Assembly: GCA_045638685.1 (NCBI GenBank)
Contig: JAZUBT010000007.1
Coordinates: 59,057 to 123,056 of the forward strand
Source of the DNA: Eubacteriales bacterium
GTDB taxonomy: Bacteria > Bacillota > Clostridia > Oscillospirales > CAG-272
Length of the DNA: 64,000 bases
Direction: 5' to 3'
Position numbers and translations under genes: made by a program. Under the pieces are notes generated by a model. That model was given only the letters and a program-made list of their open reading frames with translations. It made no database searches and had not been told where the DNA came from. How positions within the stretch are numbered: position 1 is the stretch's first letter; every line of letters starts with the position of its first letter. Shown here one piece after another: positions 34,805 through 44,188 of the stretch.

Positions 34805-36037
34805 TTAATAAAGTCTGCGCTTATTTTTGACTACCTTTACAACCGCAAATGCAGCTATCGCTGCCGCTATAACTCCGCACGCAATATATATTCCGTAACC
34901 TGAGTTTCCCTTTATTTTAAGCTCCTCCCAGAGACTGTTCATAAGGGAAAGCGTGCCCTCGTTAAGGTTATGGTAATACTCAACGTCGTAATCCCCTTCA
35001 TATCCGTCTTTAATGAAATCGGGCGCGATGTACTCCATGGCCTTTTCGTGAACGCTGTTCATCGTCTCGATATATTTCGGATCCTCGTTTACAAGCTTGT
35101 TAGGTGTTGAGTAATACACAAACTCAGAGTTTTCTCTTCCTATTTCCTTTTCAAGCATAAAGTTTATATACATTTCCGCTAATTCCTTGTTTTTGCTGTC
35201 CTTAGGAATACACATAGCGTCAACGAATATATTTGTTCCCTCTTTCGGTATGCTGAACGCAAGGCTGTCGTTATCCTCATACATTGAAAGGAAATCACCC
35301 GCATAGTAAGGCGCGATATAAGCCGAGCCGTTCTTCATTTTATTGAAAATTTCGTCCATAACGTAGCTTTGTACGAGCGGCTTCTGAGCTTTAAGCTCCT
35401 CAAGGCAGGCTCTCCATTTCGCTTCGTCGGTATCGTTTACCGAAATTCCGTTCTTATACTGAACGGTTCCGAAAGCATCGCGAGGATTATTGAACTGAAG
35501 TATCTTTCCCTCGTACTTTTCATTCCAGAGAATATCCCAGCTCTCGGCGTCTGCTGCGTCAACGTACTCGGTGTTATATATAATTCCAACAAATCCGTAA
35601 AAATACGGAACCGAATAAACGTTATTCGGATCGGGATCGTAGAAAGGCGTTTTAAACGAGTCGTAAATATACTGATAGTTCGGTATATTAGCCATGTTAA
35701 GCGGTGTGAGCATTTCCTCTTTTATCATTCGTTCTATCATATACTCTGACGGAACGACGACGTCGTAGGAAACAGCTCCGCTTTTAAGCTTATTATACAT
35801 ACTTTCGTTTGAATCAAAGGTAGTATAGTTTACCTTTACGTTAAGTCCCTTTTCCTTGCAGTATTCCTCAAATTTTGCGTTAACGTCAAGGCTGCCCTCC
35901 GAACCGTCGGAGATATATTCACCCCAGTTATAAACGTTAAGTACGGTTGCATCTCCGTCTCCACCGCAGGAAACCATAATACACGCTCCTGTAAGCAGAA
36001 GTACTGCCAGAGCCAAAGTTAATATAGTTTTTTTCAA
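34805..36037 (-). CDS. potD: Spermidine/putrescine ABC transporter substrate-binding lipoprotein PotD with an extra C-terminal TM helix
   Basis: Signal peptide and lipobox (VSC). PotD-like core (VYNWGEYI...). The C-terminus GIYIACGVIAAAIAAFAVVKVVKNKRR is hydrophobic. Last gene of the pot operon. Confidence 0.85.
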   Translation of the reverse strand: MKKTILTLALAVLLLTGACIMVSCGGDGDATVLNVYNWGEYISDGSEGSLDVNAKFEEYCKEKGLNVKVNYTTFDSNESMYNKLKSGAVSYDVVVPSEYMIERMIKEEMLTPLNMANIPNYQYIYDSFKTPFYDPDPNNVYSVPYFYGFVGIIYNTEYVDAADAESWDILWNEKYEGKILQFNNPRDAFGTVQYKNGISVNDTDEAKWRACLEELKAQKPLVQSYVMDEIFNKMKNGSAYIAPYYAGDFLSMYEDNDSLAFSIPKEGTNIFVDAMCIPKDSKNKELAEMYINFMLEKEIGRENSEFVYYSTPNKLVNEDPKYIETMNSVHEKAMEYIAPDFIKDGYEGDYDVEYYHNLNEGTLSLMNSLWEELKIKGNSGYGIYIACGVIAAAIAAFAVVKVVKNKRRLY

Positions 36038-36038
36038 T

Positions 36039-36863
36039 CTAAACGTTCTCCTTTACTTTTTTTGAAGTTTTACGTTCTCCCTCGTGCTTTTCTCCTCTCA
36101 GGTTGGTAATGAGCATAAGCACAAGTATCGCAACCATAACAAGGGTTGAAAGCGCGTACATATCGGGCGTTACCTCTTTTTTCGTCATTGAATAAATGAG
36201 AAGCGGCAGGGTTACAAAATCACTGCCCGAGGTGAAAAAGCTGATAACGAAGTCGTCAAGCGAAAGCGTAAACGCCATCATCATTCCGGTAATAATTCCG
36301 GGAAGAATCGCGTGAATTTCCACCTTAAAAAACGCCTGAAGCGGAGTACAACCAAGGTCAAGCGCCGCCTCGGGAAGATGCTTATCCATCTGACGGAGCT
36401 TCGGGAGCACCGAAAGAATTACGTAAGGCAGGTTAAAGGTTGTATGCGCTATAAGCATAGTCCAGAAGGACAGATACTCGGAAAGTCCGAGAAGGCTTCC
36501 AACAAAAACGAAAAGAAGCATCATCGAAATACCGGTAACTATATCCGGATTCATCATAGGAATATTGGTTGCCGACATAACCGAGGTTTTAAGATATTTA
36601 TTTTTCATTTTGTTTATGCCGACCGCTGCCATCGTTCCTATAACCGTGGCGATTATAGCAGAGGTTGCCGCCAAAATGAGCGTATTACGCAGCGCTGTAA
36701 ATGTCTCTGCCGAGGAAAACAGCTCCACGTACCATCTGAGCGAAAATCCCGTAAAAACGCCCGTGCTTTTTGATTTATTAAAGGAATAAAGCACCAAAAC
36801 CAGCATCGGAATATAAAGCACTCCTAAAACGAGTATCATAAAGACTCTTGAAAGCGTTTTCAT
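36039..36863 (-). CDS. potC: Spermidine/putrescine ABC permease PotC
   Basis: 6-TM BPD-type permease with an EAA-like loop (EAALDLGCTPLQAFFKV). Confidence 0.85.
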   Translation of the reverse strand: MKTLSRVFMILVLGVLYIPMLVLVLYSFNKSKSTGVFTGFSLRWYVELFSSAETFTALRNTLILAATSAIIATVIGTMAAVGINKMKNKYLKTSVMSATNIPMMNPDIVTGISMMLLFVFVGSLLGLSEYLSFWTMLIAHTTFNLPYVILSVLPKLRQMDKHLPEAALDLGCTPLQAFFKVEIHAILPGIITGMMMAFTLSLDDFVISFFTSGSDFVTLPLLIYSMTKKEVTPDMYALSTLVMVAILVLMLITNLRGEKHEGERKTSKKVKENV

Positions 36864-37738
36864 ACGATAATACCTCCGTCCTCGTCGCTGTCTGAAAACT
36901 TATTCATAATCGCGACGGAAATTAATATCAGTATCATCATAACGAGAGATATTGCCGCTCCGACGTTATACGTGCTTTTATTCTGGAACTGCATTTCTAT
37001 CGTATCTCCGAGCAGGAATATCGTTCCTCCTCCGAGCTTTTGAGAAATGTAGAAGGTGCTTATCGAAGGCACGAACACCATTGTAATACCCGATACTATA
37101 CCGGGAACCGAAAGCGGAAGCGTTACCCTGAGATGCGCTCCTATTCTATGACAGCCGAGGTCATAAGCCGCCTCGATAAGTCTGTCGTCCTGCTTTGCCA
37201 TTACCGAGTATATCGGAAGCACCATATACGGAAGGAAGTCGTAAACCATACCGAATATAACAGCTCCGCTCGTTCCGATTATATGAAGCTCGCCAAGACC
37301 TATATTCTTAAGTACGGTATTTAAAAACCCACCGTCGTCAAGTATCGCCATTAAGGAGTAGGTTCTTATGAGAAGATTCATCCACATAGGAATCATAAGA
37401 AGCATAAGCAGAAGCGTCTGTCTCTTTTTAGGCGCTCTCGATATTGCAAACGCAAGGGGATAACCTATAAGCAAGCAGATAACCGTAGCGATAAGCGAAA
37501 AGCTTATAGAAAGCACGAAGGTTTGCGTATGGGAGCTGAGCGCCTGTATATTATTCAGAGTAAAGTTTCCGCTGCTGTCGGTAAATGCGTAATAGCAGAC
37601 GAATATAAGCGGAGCTATTATGAACAGTACCGACCAGACTATATGGGGAGAAGCCTCCACACCGGAGAAAAACGGCTTAAACCGTTTTATCGCCTTCTTT
37701 TCGGGAGGAGTTTCTACTACTTCGTTATTCATTTTCAT
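36860..37738 (-). CDS. potB: Spermidine/putrescine ABC permease PotB
   Basis: BPD-type permease with [20 protein letters not shown]. 4-bp overlap with potC. Confidence 0.85.
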   Translation of the reverse strand: MKMNNEVVETPPEKKAIKRFKPFFSGVEASPHIVWSVLFIIAPLIFVCYYAFTDSSGNFTLNNIQALSSHTQTFVLSISFSLIATVICLLIGYPLAFAISRAPKKRQTLLLMLLMIPMWMNLLIRTYSLMAILDDGGFLNTVLKNIGLGELHIIGTSGAVIFGMVYDFLPYMVLPIYSVMAKQDDRLIEAAYDLGCHRIGAHLRVTLPLSVPGIVSGITMVFVPSISTFYISQKLGGGTIFLLGDTIEMQFQNKSTYNVGAAISLVMMILILISVAIMNKFSDSDEDGGIIV

Positions 37739-38858
37739 CGGTCTCCTCCTCTTCTATATCCGAAAGACGGTCAAGCTCGTCAGAGAAGGAGGAATAATCT
37801 CCGAACATATCCGAATATTCCGACTTCTTCATTACGTGGATAGCGTCGGGCTCTATGTACAGCCCTATATTCTCGCCGGGCGCAACATAGTCTGTGGACT
37901 GTATCATCCACTTAAAGCCGCCGATATCAACGATTATTTCGTAGTAAACGCCCTTGAAGGTAACCGCCGTTACCTCTCCTTTAAGCATTCCCTTTTCTAC
38001 CGATACAACGTCAACGTCCTCAGGTCTTACGACAATATCGACCGGCTCGTTCTTTTCAAAGCCCTTGTCAAGACATTTAAAGGTATGTCCCGCAAATCTC
38101 GCCTTATAATCGGCAAGCATAATTCCGTCAAGAATATTACTTTCGCCAATAAAATCGGCAACAAACGCGTTTACCGGCTCGTTATATATATCGGTAGGCG
38201 AGCCTATCTGCTGAATTTTACCGTTTGCCATAACGACAACGGTATCCGACATAGACAGCGCCTCCTCCTGATCGTGAGTAACGAATATAAACGTTATTCC
38301 CGTCATATGCTGAATATTTTTCAGCTCGTTTTGCATATCCTTACGCAGCTTTAAATCAAGCGCTCCGAGCGGCTCGTCAAGAAGAAGAACCTTGGGGCGG
38401 TTAACCAGCGCTCTCGCTATTGCGACTCGCTGCTGCTGTCCACCGGAAAGCTTTTCCGAGTTTCTTCTCTCAAATCCGCTTAAATTGACCATTTTAAGCG
38501 CTTCCTTAACTCTATCCGTTATCTCTCTTTCGGGAAGCTTTTTAAGTCTTAATCCGAAAGCAACGTTTTCAAAAACGTTCAGGTGAGGAAACAAAGCGTA
38601 TTTTTGGAATACAGTATTAAGCTCTCTTTTGTATGGGGGAAGATCGTTTATTCTCTCTCCGTCAAAAAAGACGTCTCCCGAATCTGGGTTTTCAAAGCCT
38701 GCTATTATTCTAAGTGTGGTTGTTTTGCCGCAGCCTGATGGGCCGAGCAAGGTGATAAACTCGTTGTCGTGAATATCAAGACTGATTTCACTTAGCACCT
38801 GTTCACCGTTAAATTCCTTTGAAATAGCCTTAAGCTCAATGATTTTGTTTTTGTTCAT
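37725..38858 (-). CDS. potA: Spermidine/putrescine ABC ATPase PotA
   Basis: [28 protein letters not shown] and a C-terminal TOBE-like domain. SD AAAGGAG. Confidence 0.92.
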   Translation of the reverse strand: MNKNKIIELKAISKEFNGEQVLSEISLDIHDNEFITLLGPSGCGKTTTLRIIAGFENPDSGDVFFDGERINDLPPYKRELNTVFQKYALFPHLNVFENVAFGLRLKKLPEREITDRVKEALKMVNLSGFERRNSEKLSGGQQQRVAIARALVNRPKVLLLDEPLGALDLKLRKDMQNELKNIQHMTGITFIFVTHDQEEALSMSDTVVVMANGKIQQIGSPTDIYNEPVNAFVADFIGESNILDGIMLADYKARFAGHTFKCLDKGFEKNEPVDIVVRPEDVDVVSVEKGMLKGEVTAVTFKGVYYEIIVDIGGFKWMIQSTDYVAPGENIGLYIEPDAIHVMKKSEYSDMFGDYSSFSDELDRLSDIEEEETDENE

Positions 38859-39146
38859 TTCAAAAACTCCTTTAAAAATAAAAAGATAAAATGGAGACAG
38901 CGCATTTATACGCGCCGTTTTTGCTACACGAAAAAAACACCCGGAAAGCCTTTCGGTTACCGTCTCCGCTTAAAGCTCGGATATTCGGCATTATACCGAA
39001 GGTGAAAAACAAATCGTGCAGCCGCATACAGCACTGCTGCATACTAAGGAATTAAGGGTAAATCCTTACCGTACCTCCTTGATATAAAATAACCCTTATA
39101 AAATAAAAGTTATATCAATTATAGCAGAAAAGATTTTTTTATGCAA
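38859..39146 (-). promoter_or_regulatory. potABCD promoter and ~250-nt structured leader with an internal terminator
   Basis: TTGCAT-17-TATAAT at 39118-39146. Helices TAAGGGT/ACCCTTA and AAGGA/TCCTT. A hairpin plus U7 lies at 38931-38958, about 70 nt before the potA ATG. Confidence 0.5.
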
Positions 39147-39333
39147 TACTTTTTTAAAATAATTTATATTTAAAATTAAAATTGTACACATTGATTTTAA
39201 AACCGGCTAAATTCACGTTTTGTATAGTAAAAGTATATAAATTCCGACCTCGTTTGTTAACACTTTATATTTTTTAACGTAACACTTAATTTATCAAAAG
39301 CCGTCGCTGTATTTCCACGGAAATATTCAGAGC

Positions 39334-39801
39334 CTACACACCGGTTTCTTTTAATTTTCTAAGCCAGAAATTTACCGTTTTTTTATACAGTGTCGCAAGT
39401 GCTCCGCCGAGAGCCGCCGCCGTCGCTATTCCGCCTGCCGAGAGCAGCACCTCAATAAGATTAGACATATACGTTTGGTAATCGTTTTCAAGCAGTCCTC
39501 TCATTGAATAATATATAAGCGAACCAGGAACCAGCGGTATTATCCCCGGAAGCATTATTACCGTTACCGGTATCTTTTTTACCCTTGCCATTATCTCGGA
39601 ATAAAGGCAGGTTACTCCCGCCGAAAGAAAATAAACGAGAAATATGTTCTCGCTTTTTTGAAGCAGAATATACTCTGCTGTATAGGTTAGCGCTCCTCCG
39701 ATCGAGGAGATAAAAACCACCGCGTTTTTTGCTCTGTCAAGTATCGCAAACGCCGAAACAGAAACAAGCGTCAAAATAAATTTAAATAAATATTCACCCA
39801 T
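39334..39801 (-). CDS. Threonine/serine exporter family protein, C-terminal-type half (ThrE_2/DUF3815)
   Basis: 155 aa, 5 TM helices, paired with the upstream DUF1212-type gene. Confidence 0.7.
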   Translation of the reverse strand: MGEYLFKFILTLVSVSAFAILDRAKNAVVFISSIGGALTYTAEYILLQKSENIFLVYFLSAGVTCLYSEIMARVKKIPVTVIMLPGIIPLVPGSLIYYSMRGLLENDYQTYMSNLIEVLLSAGGIATAAALGGALATLYKKTVNFWLRKLKETGV

Positions 39802-39840
39802 ATCTTGTTATTAATTAAGTTATATAAGTTTTTTTATGCT

Positions 39841-40596
39841 TTATAAGAGTAATGACGGAAGGGCAAATCCTACGGCTATCGCAAGTGCGGTCAGCACCGA
39901 TTCCGCAAAACGCATTATGCCGGAAAGAAGATCTCCGCCTATAAAATCTCTTGCGGCGCTTACAAGAGAGATACCGGGAACAAGCAGCATTATATTCCCT
40001 ATCGCGACTGTATCGTAGTTTCTCGCTAACCCAATTTTAACCGTACTGAGGCAGGCGGCTCCCGCCACAAACGAGGTTATACATATAAAAAGAAGTCTGT
40101 TTCCTATTCTGCCACCCGCTTTACTGTTCATCAGCTGAACGGTATTTGCGCATAGCGCCGAGGAAAGTGCCTCGGGAAGCCCTCCGCCGAAAAACAGCGC
40201 AAAGCAAAACGCGACCGTCATTGAAAGCAAGTAAAGCTTTACACTTTTCGTCTCTGTCCTTTGATTTGCGATTAAAAATTCTGCCTCCGCACGGTCAAGG
40301 TCTATTTTACCCTCGCATATTTTTCTTGAAAGGGCGTTTAGTCTTTCAAACCTTGTAAAATCAGCTGCTCCACCCTTAACCCTCCTCGATTTAGTGTAGC
40401 TTTCTCCGCCCGGTGCGTCATACGTCAGCAGTATAAAAGAAATAAGCGCAAGAACCTCGCAGGATTTTGCTCCGAGAGCTAACGCTATTCTTTCCGCGCT
40501 CTCCTCTGCTCTCTTTACCTCTGCTCCGCTTTCAAGAAGCGAAACCGCGATATTAATCGCAAGCTCCGCTTTTCTTTCAATTATATTTAAACTCAT
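39841..40596 (-). CDS. Threonine/serine exporter family protein, N-terminal-type half (ThrE/DUF1212)
   Basis: 251 aa with a soluble N-terminal region followed by TM helices. This is the typical two-gene ThrE arrangement. Confidence 0.7.
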   Translation of the reverse strand: MSLNIIERKAELAINIAVSLLESGAEVKRAEESAERIALALGAKSCEVLALISFILLTYDAPGGESYTKSRRVKGGAADFTRFERLNALSRKICEGKIDLDRAEAEFLIANQRTETKSVKLYLLSMTVAFCFALFFGGGLPEALSSALCANTVQLMNSKAGGRIGNRLLFICITSFVAGAACLSTVKIGLARNYDTVAIGNIMLLVPGISLVSAARDFIGGDLLSGIMRFAESVLTALAIAVGFALPSLLL

Positions 40597-40783
40597 TTTA
40601 TTTACCGCCCTTTTTCGCTTATTCTTATTATATCTAAAGGGCGTTTTTTTATTTACTTAAAAATTACAGTTAAATAAAATGGAAAAATAATTGTCAATGA
40701 ATGTGTAGCAGCAAAACTATCGCTCGTTTTACGGTAATAATTTTATTACAAAGCCGTTTTTTGTGCAATTTTATGTTTATACA

Positions 40784-40801
40784 GGTTAGCAGTGGCTAAC
40801 C
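40784..40801. promoter_or_regulatory. Palindromic operator candidate 1 (GGTTAGC-N4-GCTAACC)
   Basis: Perfect 7-4-7 inverted repeat about 57 bp upstream of the feoA -35 element. Confidence 0.45.
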
Positions 40802-40857
40802 AAGTTATAAAAAATAAACAAAATAGAAATTTTTGTCTAAATTTTTATGGGAAAATA

Positions 40858-40910
40858 TTGACAAACACGCAAAAAAGTAGTATAATGTATTACGGTTAGC
40901 GACGGCTAAC
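40858..40910 (+). promoter_or_regulatory. feoAB promoter with overlapping operator candidate 2
   Basis: TTGACA (40858-63), 17 nt spacer, TATAAT (40881-86). GGTTAGC-GACG-GCTAAC at 40894-40910 covers the predicted +1. Confidence 0.55.
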
Positions 40911-41005
40911 TGATATAAGACATCTTATAACCTTTAAGCTTTTTAATACCGTAAGCCTGTACGGTAAAATTGCCTTAAAAACCAACACGAAAGGAATATT
41001 AAAGC

Positions 41006-41233
41006 ATGACACTTGATAAGCTTACGCTTGGCAAAAACGCTATAATCACCTCGGTGGGCGGCGAAGGAATACTTCGTTTAAGGCTGCTTGATATGGGACT
41101 TACGCCCAAAACCGCCGTTAAAATTGTCAAAGTAGCGCCTATGGGAGATCCCATAGAGCTTTACGTCCGCGGGTATTCTCTTACAATACGTCTTGACGAC
41201 GCGCAAAAGATAACTGTTGAACCCGAGGAATAA
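41006..41233 (+). CDS. feoA: Ferrous iron transport protein FeoA
   Basis: 75 aa SH3-like FeoA (LRLRLLDMGLTPKTAVKIVKVAPMGDPIEL). Confidence 0.9.
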   Translation: MTLDKLTLGKNAIITSVGGEGILRLRLLDMGLTPKTAVKIVKVAPMGDPIELYVRGYSLTIRLDDAQKITVEPEE

Positions 41234-41301
41234 AATCGGCTGAGCTTTTTAAATAAACCTATTTTCAAATAAACATCTACGTAAACGGAACGGAGAATTT
41301 T

Positions 41302-43314
41302 ATGAACTTATCATTTGCCCTTATCGGCAACCAGAACTGCGGTAAAACCACTCTGTTTAACCAATTAACCGGCTCAAATCAGCACGTCGGAAACTTTCCC
41401 GGCGTAACGGTTGAACAAAAGCTCGGTGCTCTGCGCTCTAACAAGGAAATCTCTATCGTTGACCTTCCGGGAATATACTCGATGCGTCCTTATACGAGTG
41501 AGGAAACGGTTACGAGAGACTTCCTTTTAAAAAACCGCCCAAGCGGTATTATCAACATTATTGACGCAACGAACATAGAAAGAAATTTATACCTGACGCT
41601 TCAGCTTTTAGAGCTTAAAATCCCCACCGTCATAGCTCTTAATATGATGGACGAGGTAAGAGGTAACGGCGGCTCGATAGACATTGGCGGTCTTTCAAGG
41701 CTTCTCGGAGTTCCCTGTGTTGCTATATCAGCGTCAAAAAACGAGGGTATAGACGACCTTGTTTCCGAAATTATGAAGCTTAGCGTCGGCAAAACGCTCC
41801 CGAAGGTCATAGACTTCTGCGACGACGGCGCTGTTCACCGCTGTATACACGCCGCGGTTCATCTTATTGACGACCACGCAAGGCGCGCAGAGATTCCCTC
41901 GCGTTTCGCCGCTACTAAGCTTATTGAGGGAGACGAGCCAATAATTGAGCTGCTTAAGTTCAACGAAAACGAGCTTAAGCTTATGGAGCACTCCATAACC
42001 GAAATGGAAAGCGAAACAGGACTTGACAGAAATGCGGCGCTTGCAGACATGAGATACGCCTTTATTGAGCAGATTTGCAATAAAACCGTAGTAAAATGCA
42101 AGGAGAGTAAGGAAAGGCGCCGCTCGGTAAAAATCGACTCGGTGCTTACCAACAAGTATCTTGCAATACCGCTTTTCCTTGCAATAATGCTAACCATCTT
42201 CTGGCTTTCCTTCTCCGTTATCGGCGCACTTCTGTCAGACATTCTGACACTCGGAATTGATGCTTTAACAACACTTGCCTCAAACGGACTTGACGCGCTG
42301 AGTATAAATCCGACTGTTAAAAGCTTGATTATTGACGGCGTGTTTGCCGGTGTCGGCTCCGTGCTCAGCTTTTTACCTACGATTGTCGTTCTCTTTTTCT
42401 TCCTTTCAATTCTTGAGGACACGGGATATATGGCAAGAGTAGCCTTCGTTATGGATAAGCTACTGCGTAAAATCGGTCTTTCGGGACGCTCCTTCGTGCC
42501 TATGCTTATAGGCTTTGGTTGCAGCGTTCCGGCAATAATGGCTACGAGAACGCTCTCCTCGGAGCGCGACAGAAAAATGACTATTTTACTGACGCCTTTT
42601 ATGAGCTGTTCCGCTAAAATTCCCGTTTACGCTATGTTCGCGAAGGCGTTTTTCCCGAAAACCGCTCCGCTTGCAATGATTGCGCTTTACGTTACCGGCA
42701 TTGTGGTAGGAATACTCGTGGCGCTTATCTTTAACGTTACCGCATTCAAAGGCAATCCGGTTCCGTTTGTTATGGAGCTTCCCAACTACCGTTTCCCCTC
42801 CGCAAAAACCGTCTTTCGCTTAATGTACGACAAGGCCAAGGACTTTGTTCAGAAGGCGTTTACCATAATTTTAGTAGCAACGGTTATAATCTGGTTTTTA
42901 CAGACCTTTGATTTCAGACTGTACATAGTAGAAAACTCCTCTGACAGCATGCTGGCTTCTATCGGACGCTTTATCGCTCCTATATTTGCGCCCCTCGGTC
43001 TTTCCGATTGGAGACTCACCACCTCTCTTATTACCGGACTTTCCGCTAAGGAAACGGTAATAAGCACCCTTGCCGTTCTTAACGGAACCTCGGCCGAGGC
43101 GCTCCCCTCCGTTTTAACGGCTCTCATAACACCCGCGCAGGCAATAAGCTTTTTAATATTCACCCTTCTCTATACCCCTTGTATTGCGGCGATAGCGGCT
43201 ATGAAACGCGAGCTTAACTCCGGCACAAAAGCTCTCGGCGTAGTTATTATGCAATGCGGTATCGCGTGGCTTTTCGCCGCTCTCGTTTATCAGCTTTGCC
43301 TTATTATAGGTTAA
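41302..43314 (+). CDS. feoB: Ferrous iron transporter FeoB
   Basis: N-terminal G-domain GNQNCGKTTLFN and DLPG, followed by a polytopic gate domain. 670 aa. Confidence 0.95.
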   Translation: MNLSFALIGNQNCGKTTLFNQLTGSNQHVGNFPGVTVEQKLGALRSNKEISIVDLPGIYSMRPYTSEETVTRDFLLKNRPSGIINIIDATNIERNLYLTLQLLELKIPTVIALNMMDEVRGNGGSIDIGGLSRLLGVPCVAISASKNEGIDDLVSEIMKLSVGKTLPKVIDFCDDGAVHRCIHAAVHLIDDHARRAEIPSRFAATKLIEGDEPIIELLKFNENELKLMEHSITEMESETGLDRNAALADMRYAFIEQICNKTVVKCKESKERRRSVKIDSVLTNKYLAIPLFLAIMLTIFWLSFSVIGALLSDILTLGIDALTTLASNGLDALSINPTVKSLIIDGVFAGVGSVLSFLPTIVVLFFFLSILEDTGYMARVAFVMDKLLRKIGLSGRSFVPMLIGFGCSVPAIMATRTLSSERDRKMTILLTPFMSCSAKIPVYAMFAKAFFPKTAPLAMIALYVTGIVVGILVALIFNVTAFKGNPVPFVMELPNYRFPSAKTVFRLMYDKAKDFVQKAFTIILVATVIIWFLQTFDFRLYIVENSSDSMLASIGRFIAPIFAPLGLSDWRLTTSLITGLSAKETVISTLAVLNGTSAEALPSVLTALITPAQAISFLIFTLLYTPCIAAIAAMKRELNSGTKALGVVIMQCGIAWLFAALVYQLCLIIG

Positions 43315-43377
43315 ATTTAAAGCTGTGTCTTAGTAAGTACATACCTAAAACAGCACGTTTATTTATGGAGTAAACAA

Positions 43378-43545
43378 ATGAATATATACGATTTTTTAGT
43401 CATCGGTGCCATCGCCATTTGGTTTACAGTTTCACTAATTATAACTGTAAGGAAAAGAAAAAAGGGCGGGTGCTGCGGCTCCTGCTCCGGCTGTAACGGT
43501 TGCCGAGACGCTTGCGGTAAACGTGAGGACGGGGTTAAGTCTTAA
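43378..43545 (+). CDS. FeoB-associated Cys-rich small membrane protein (55 aa, below the ORF-track cut-off)
   Basis: MNIYDFLVIGAIAIWFTVSLIITVRKRKKGGCCGSCSGCNGCRDACGKREDGVKS. One TM helix plus a Cys cluster, immediately after feoB. Confidence 0.7.
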   Translation: MNIYDFLVIGAIAIWFTVSLIITVRKRKKGGCCGSCSGCNGCRDACGKREDGVKS

Positions 43546-43594
43546 AAGGGCTACCGCTCAACCGCTTACGTTTCTTTTGCATAATTTATATAAT

Positions 43595-43630
43595 AAAAAA
43601 TCCCCCCGCGATTGCGGAGGGATTTTTGTT
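43595..43630. terminator. Bidirectional terminator
   Basis: TCCCCCCGC/GCGGAGGGA stem flanked by an A-run and a T-run. Confidence 0.7.
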
Positions 43631-43637
43631 TCTTATT

Positions 43638-44075
43638 TTACTTATTAAAGATGTCCTTTGCGTTGGTATTCAGAAGCGGAATAAGAACGCAGTTATCTCT
43701 TACGTACTCGGATTTCTGCACGTCCTTGATTATACCGGAAAGCGTTCCGCTTTCCTCAACAGCGTCGGCTATCTCCTTATCAGAGGAAAACTCAAGAATG
43801 ATTACCGTAGTCGCGGCGTTTGCGATCTTATCAAGTGCGCTTGCTTCGTCGTCAAGCTTCTTCTGTAAGAAGTGCACCTCGCAAGATATATTACCCTTTT
43901 CAAGCTCTGCGGTAATAGTCTTTGCGGTATCGTTCTCCTCGCTTTCAAGCTCTATGTAGCCCTCGCTTTTGAAGTTGGATTTAATTTTACCGTAAGAAGA
44001 GCAGGATGCCAGAGTCATAACGAGCATTACTCCTACAAGCATAAGTGTCAAAAGCTTAAAAATTTTGTTTTTCAT
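43638..44075 (-). CDS. Small lipoprotein of unknown function
   Basis: Signal peptide with lipobox LASC. 145 aa, acidic mature part. Confidence 0.6.
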   Translation of the reverse strand: MKNKIFKLLTLMLVGVMLVMTLASCSSYGKIKSNFKSEGYIELESEENDTAKTITAELEKGNISCEVHFLQKKLDDEASALDKIANAATTVIILEFSSDKEIADAVEESGTLSGIIKDVQKSEYVRDNCVLIPLLNTNAKDIFNK

Positions 44076-44188
44076 ACCAATTCTCCTTTCAAGTATTTTT
44101 AGGTTTTATCCTACTTATATTATATCAAACAGAAAAATATTTGTCAATAGATTTTAACGAGATTTAACTTGGAATAAAAGGAAATTTA

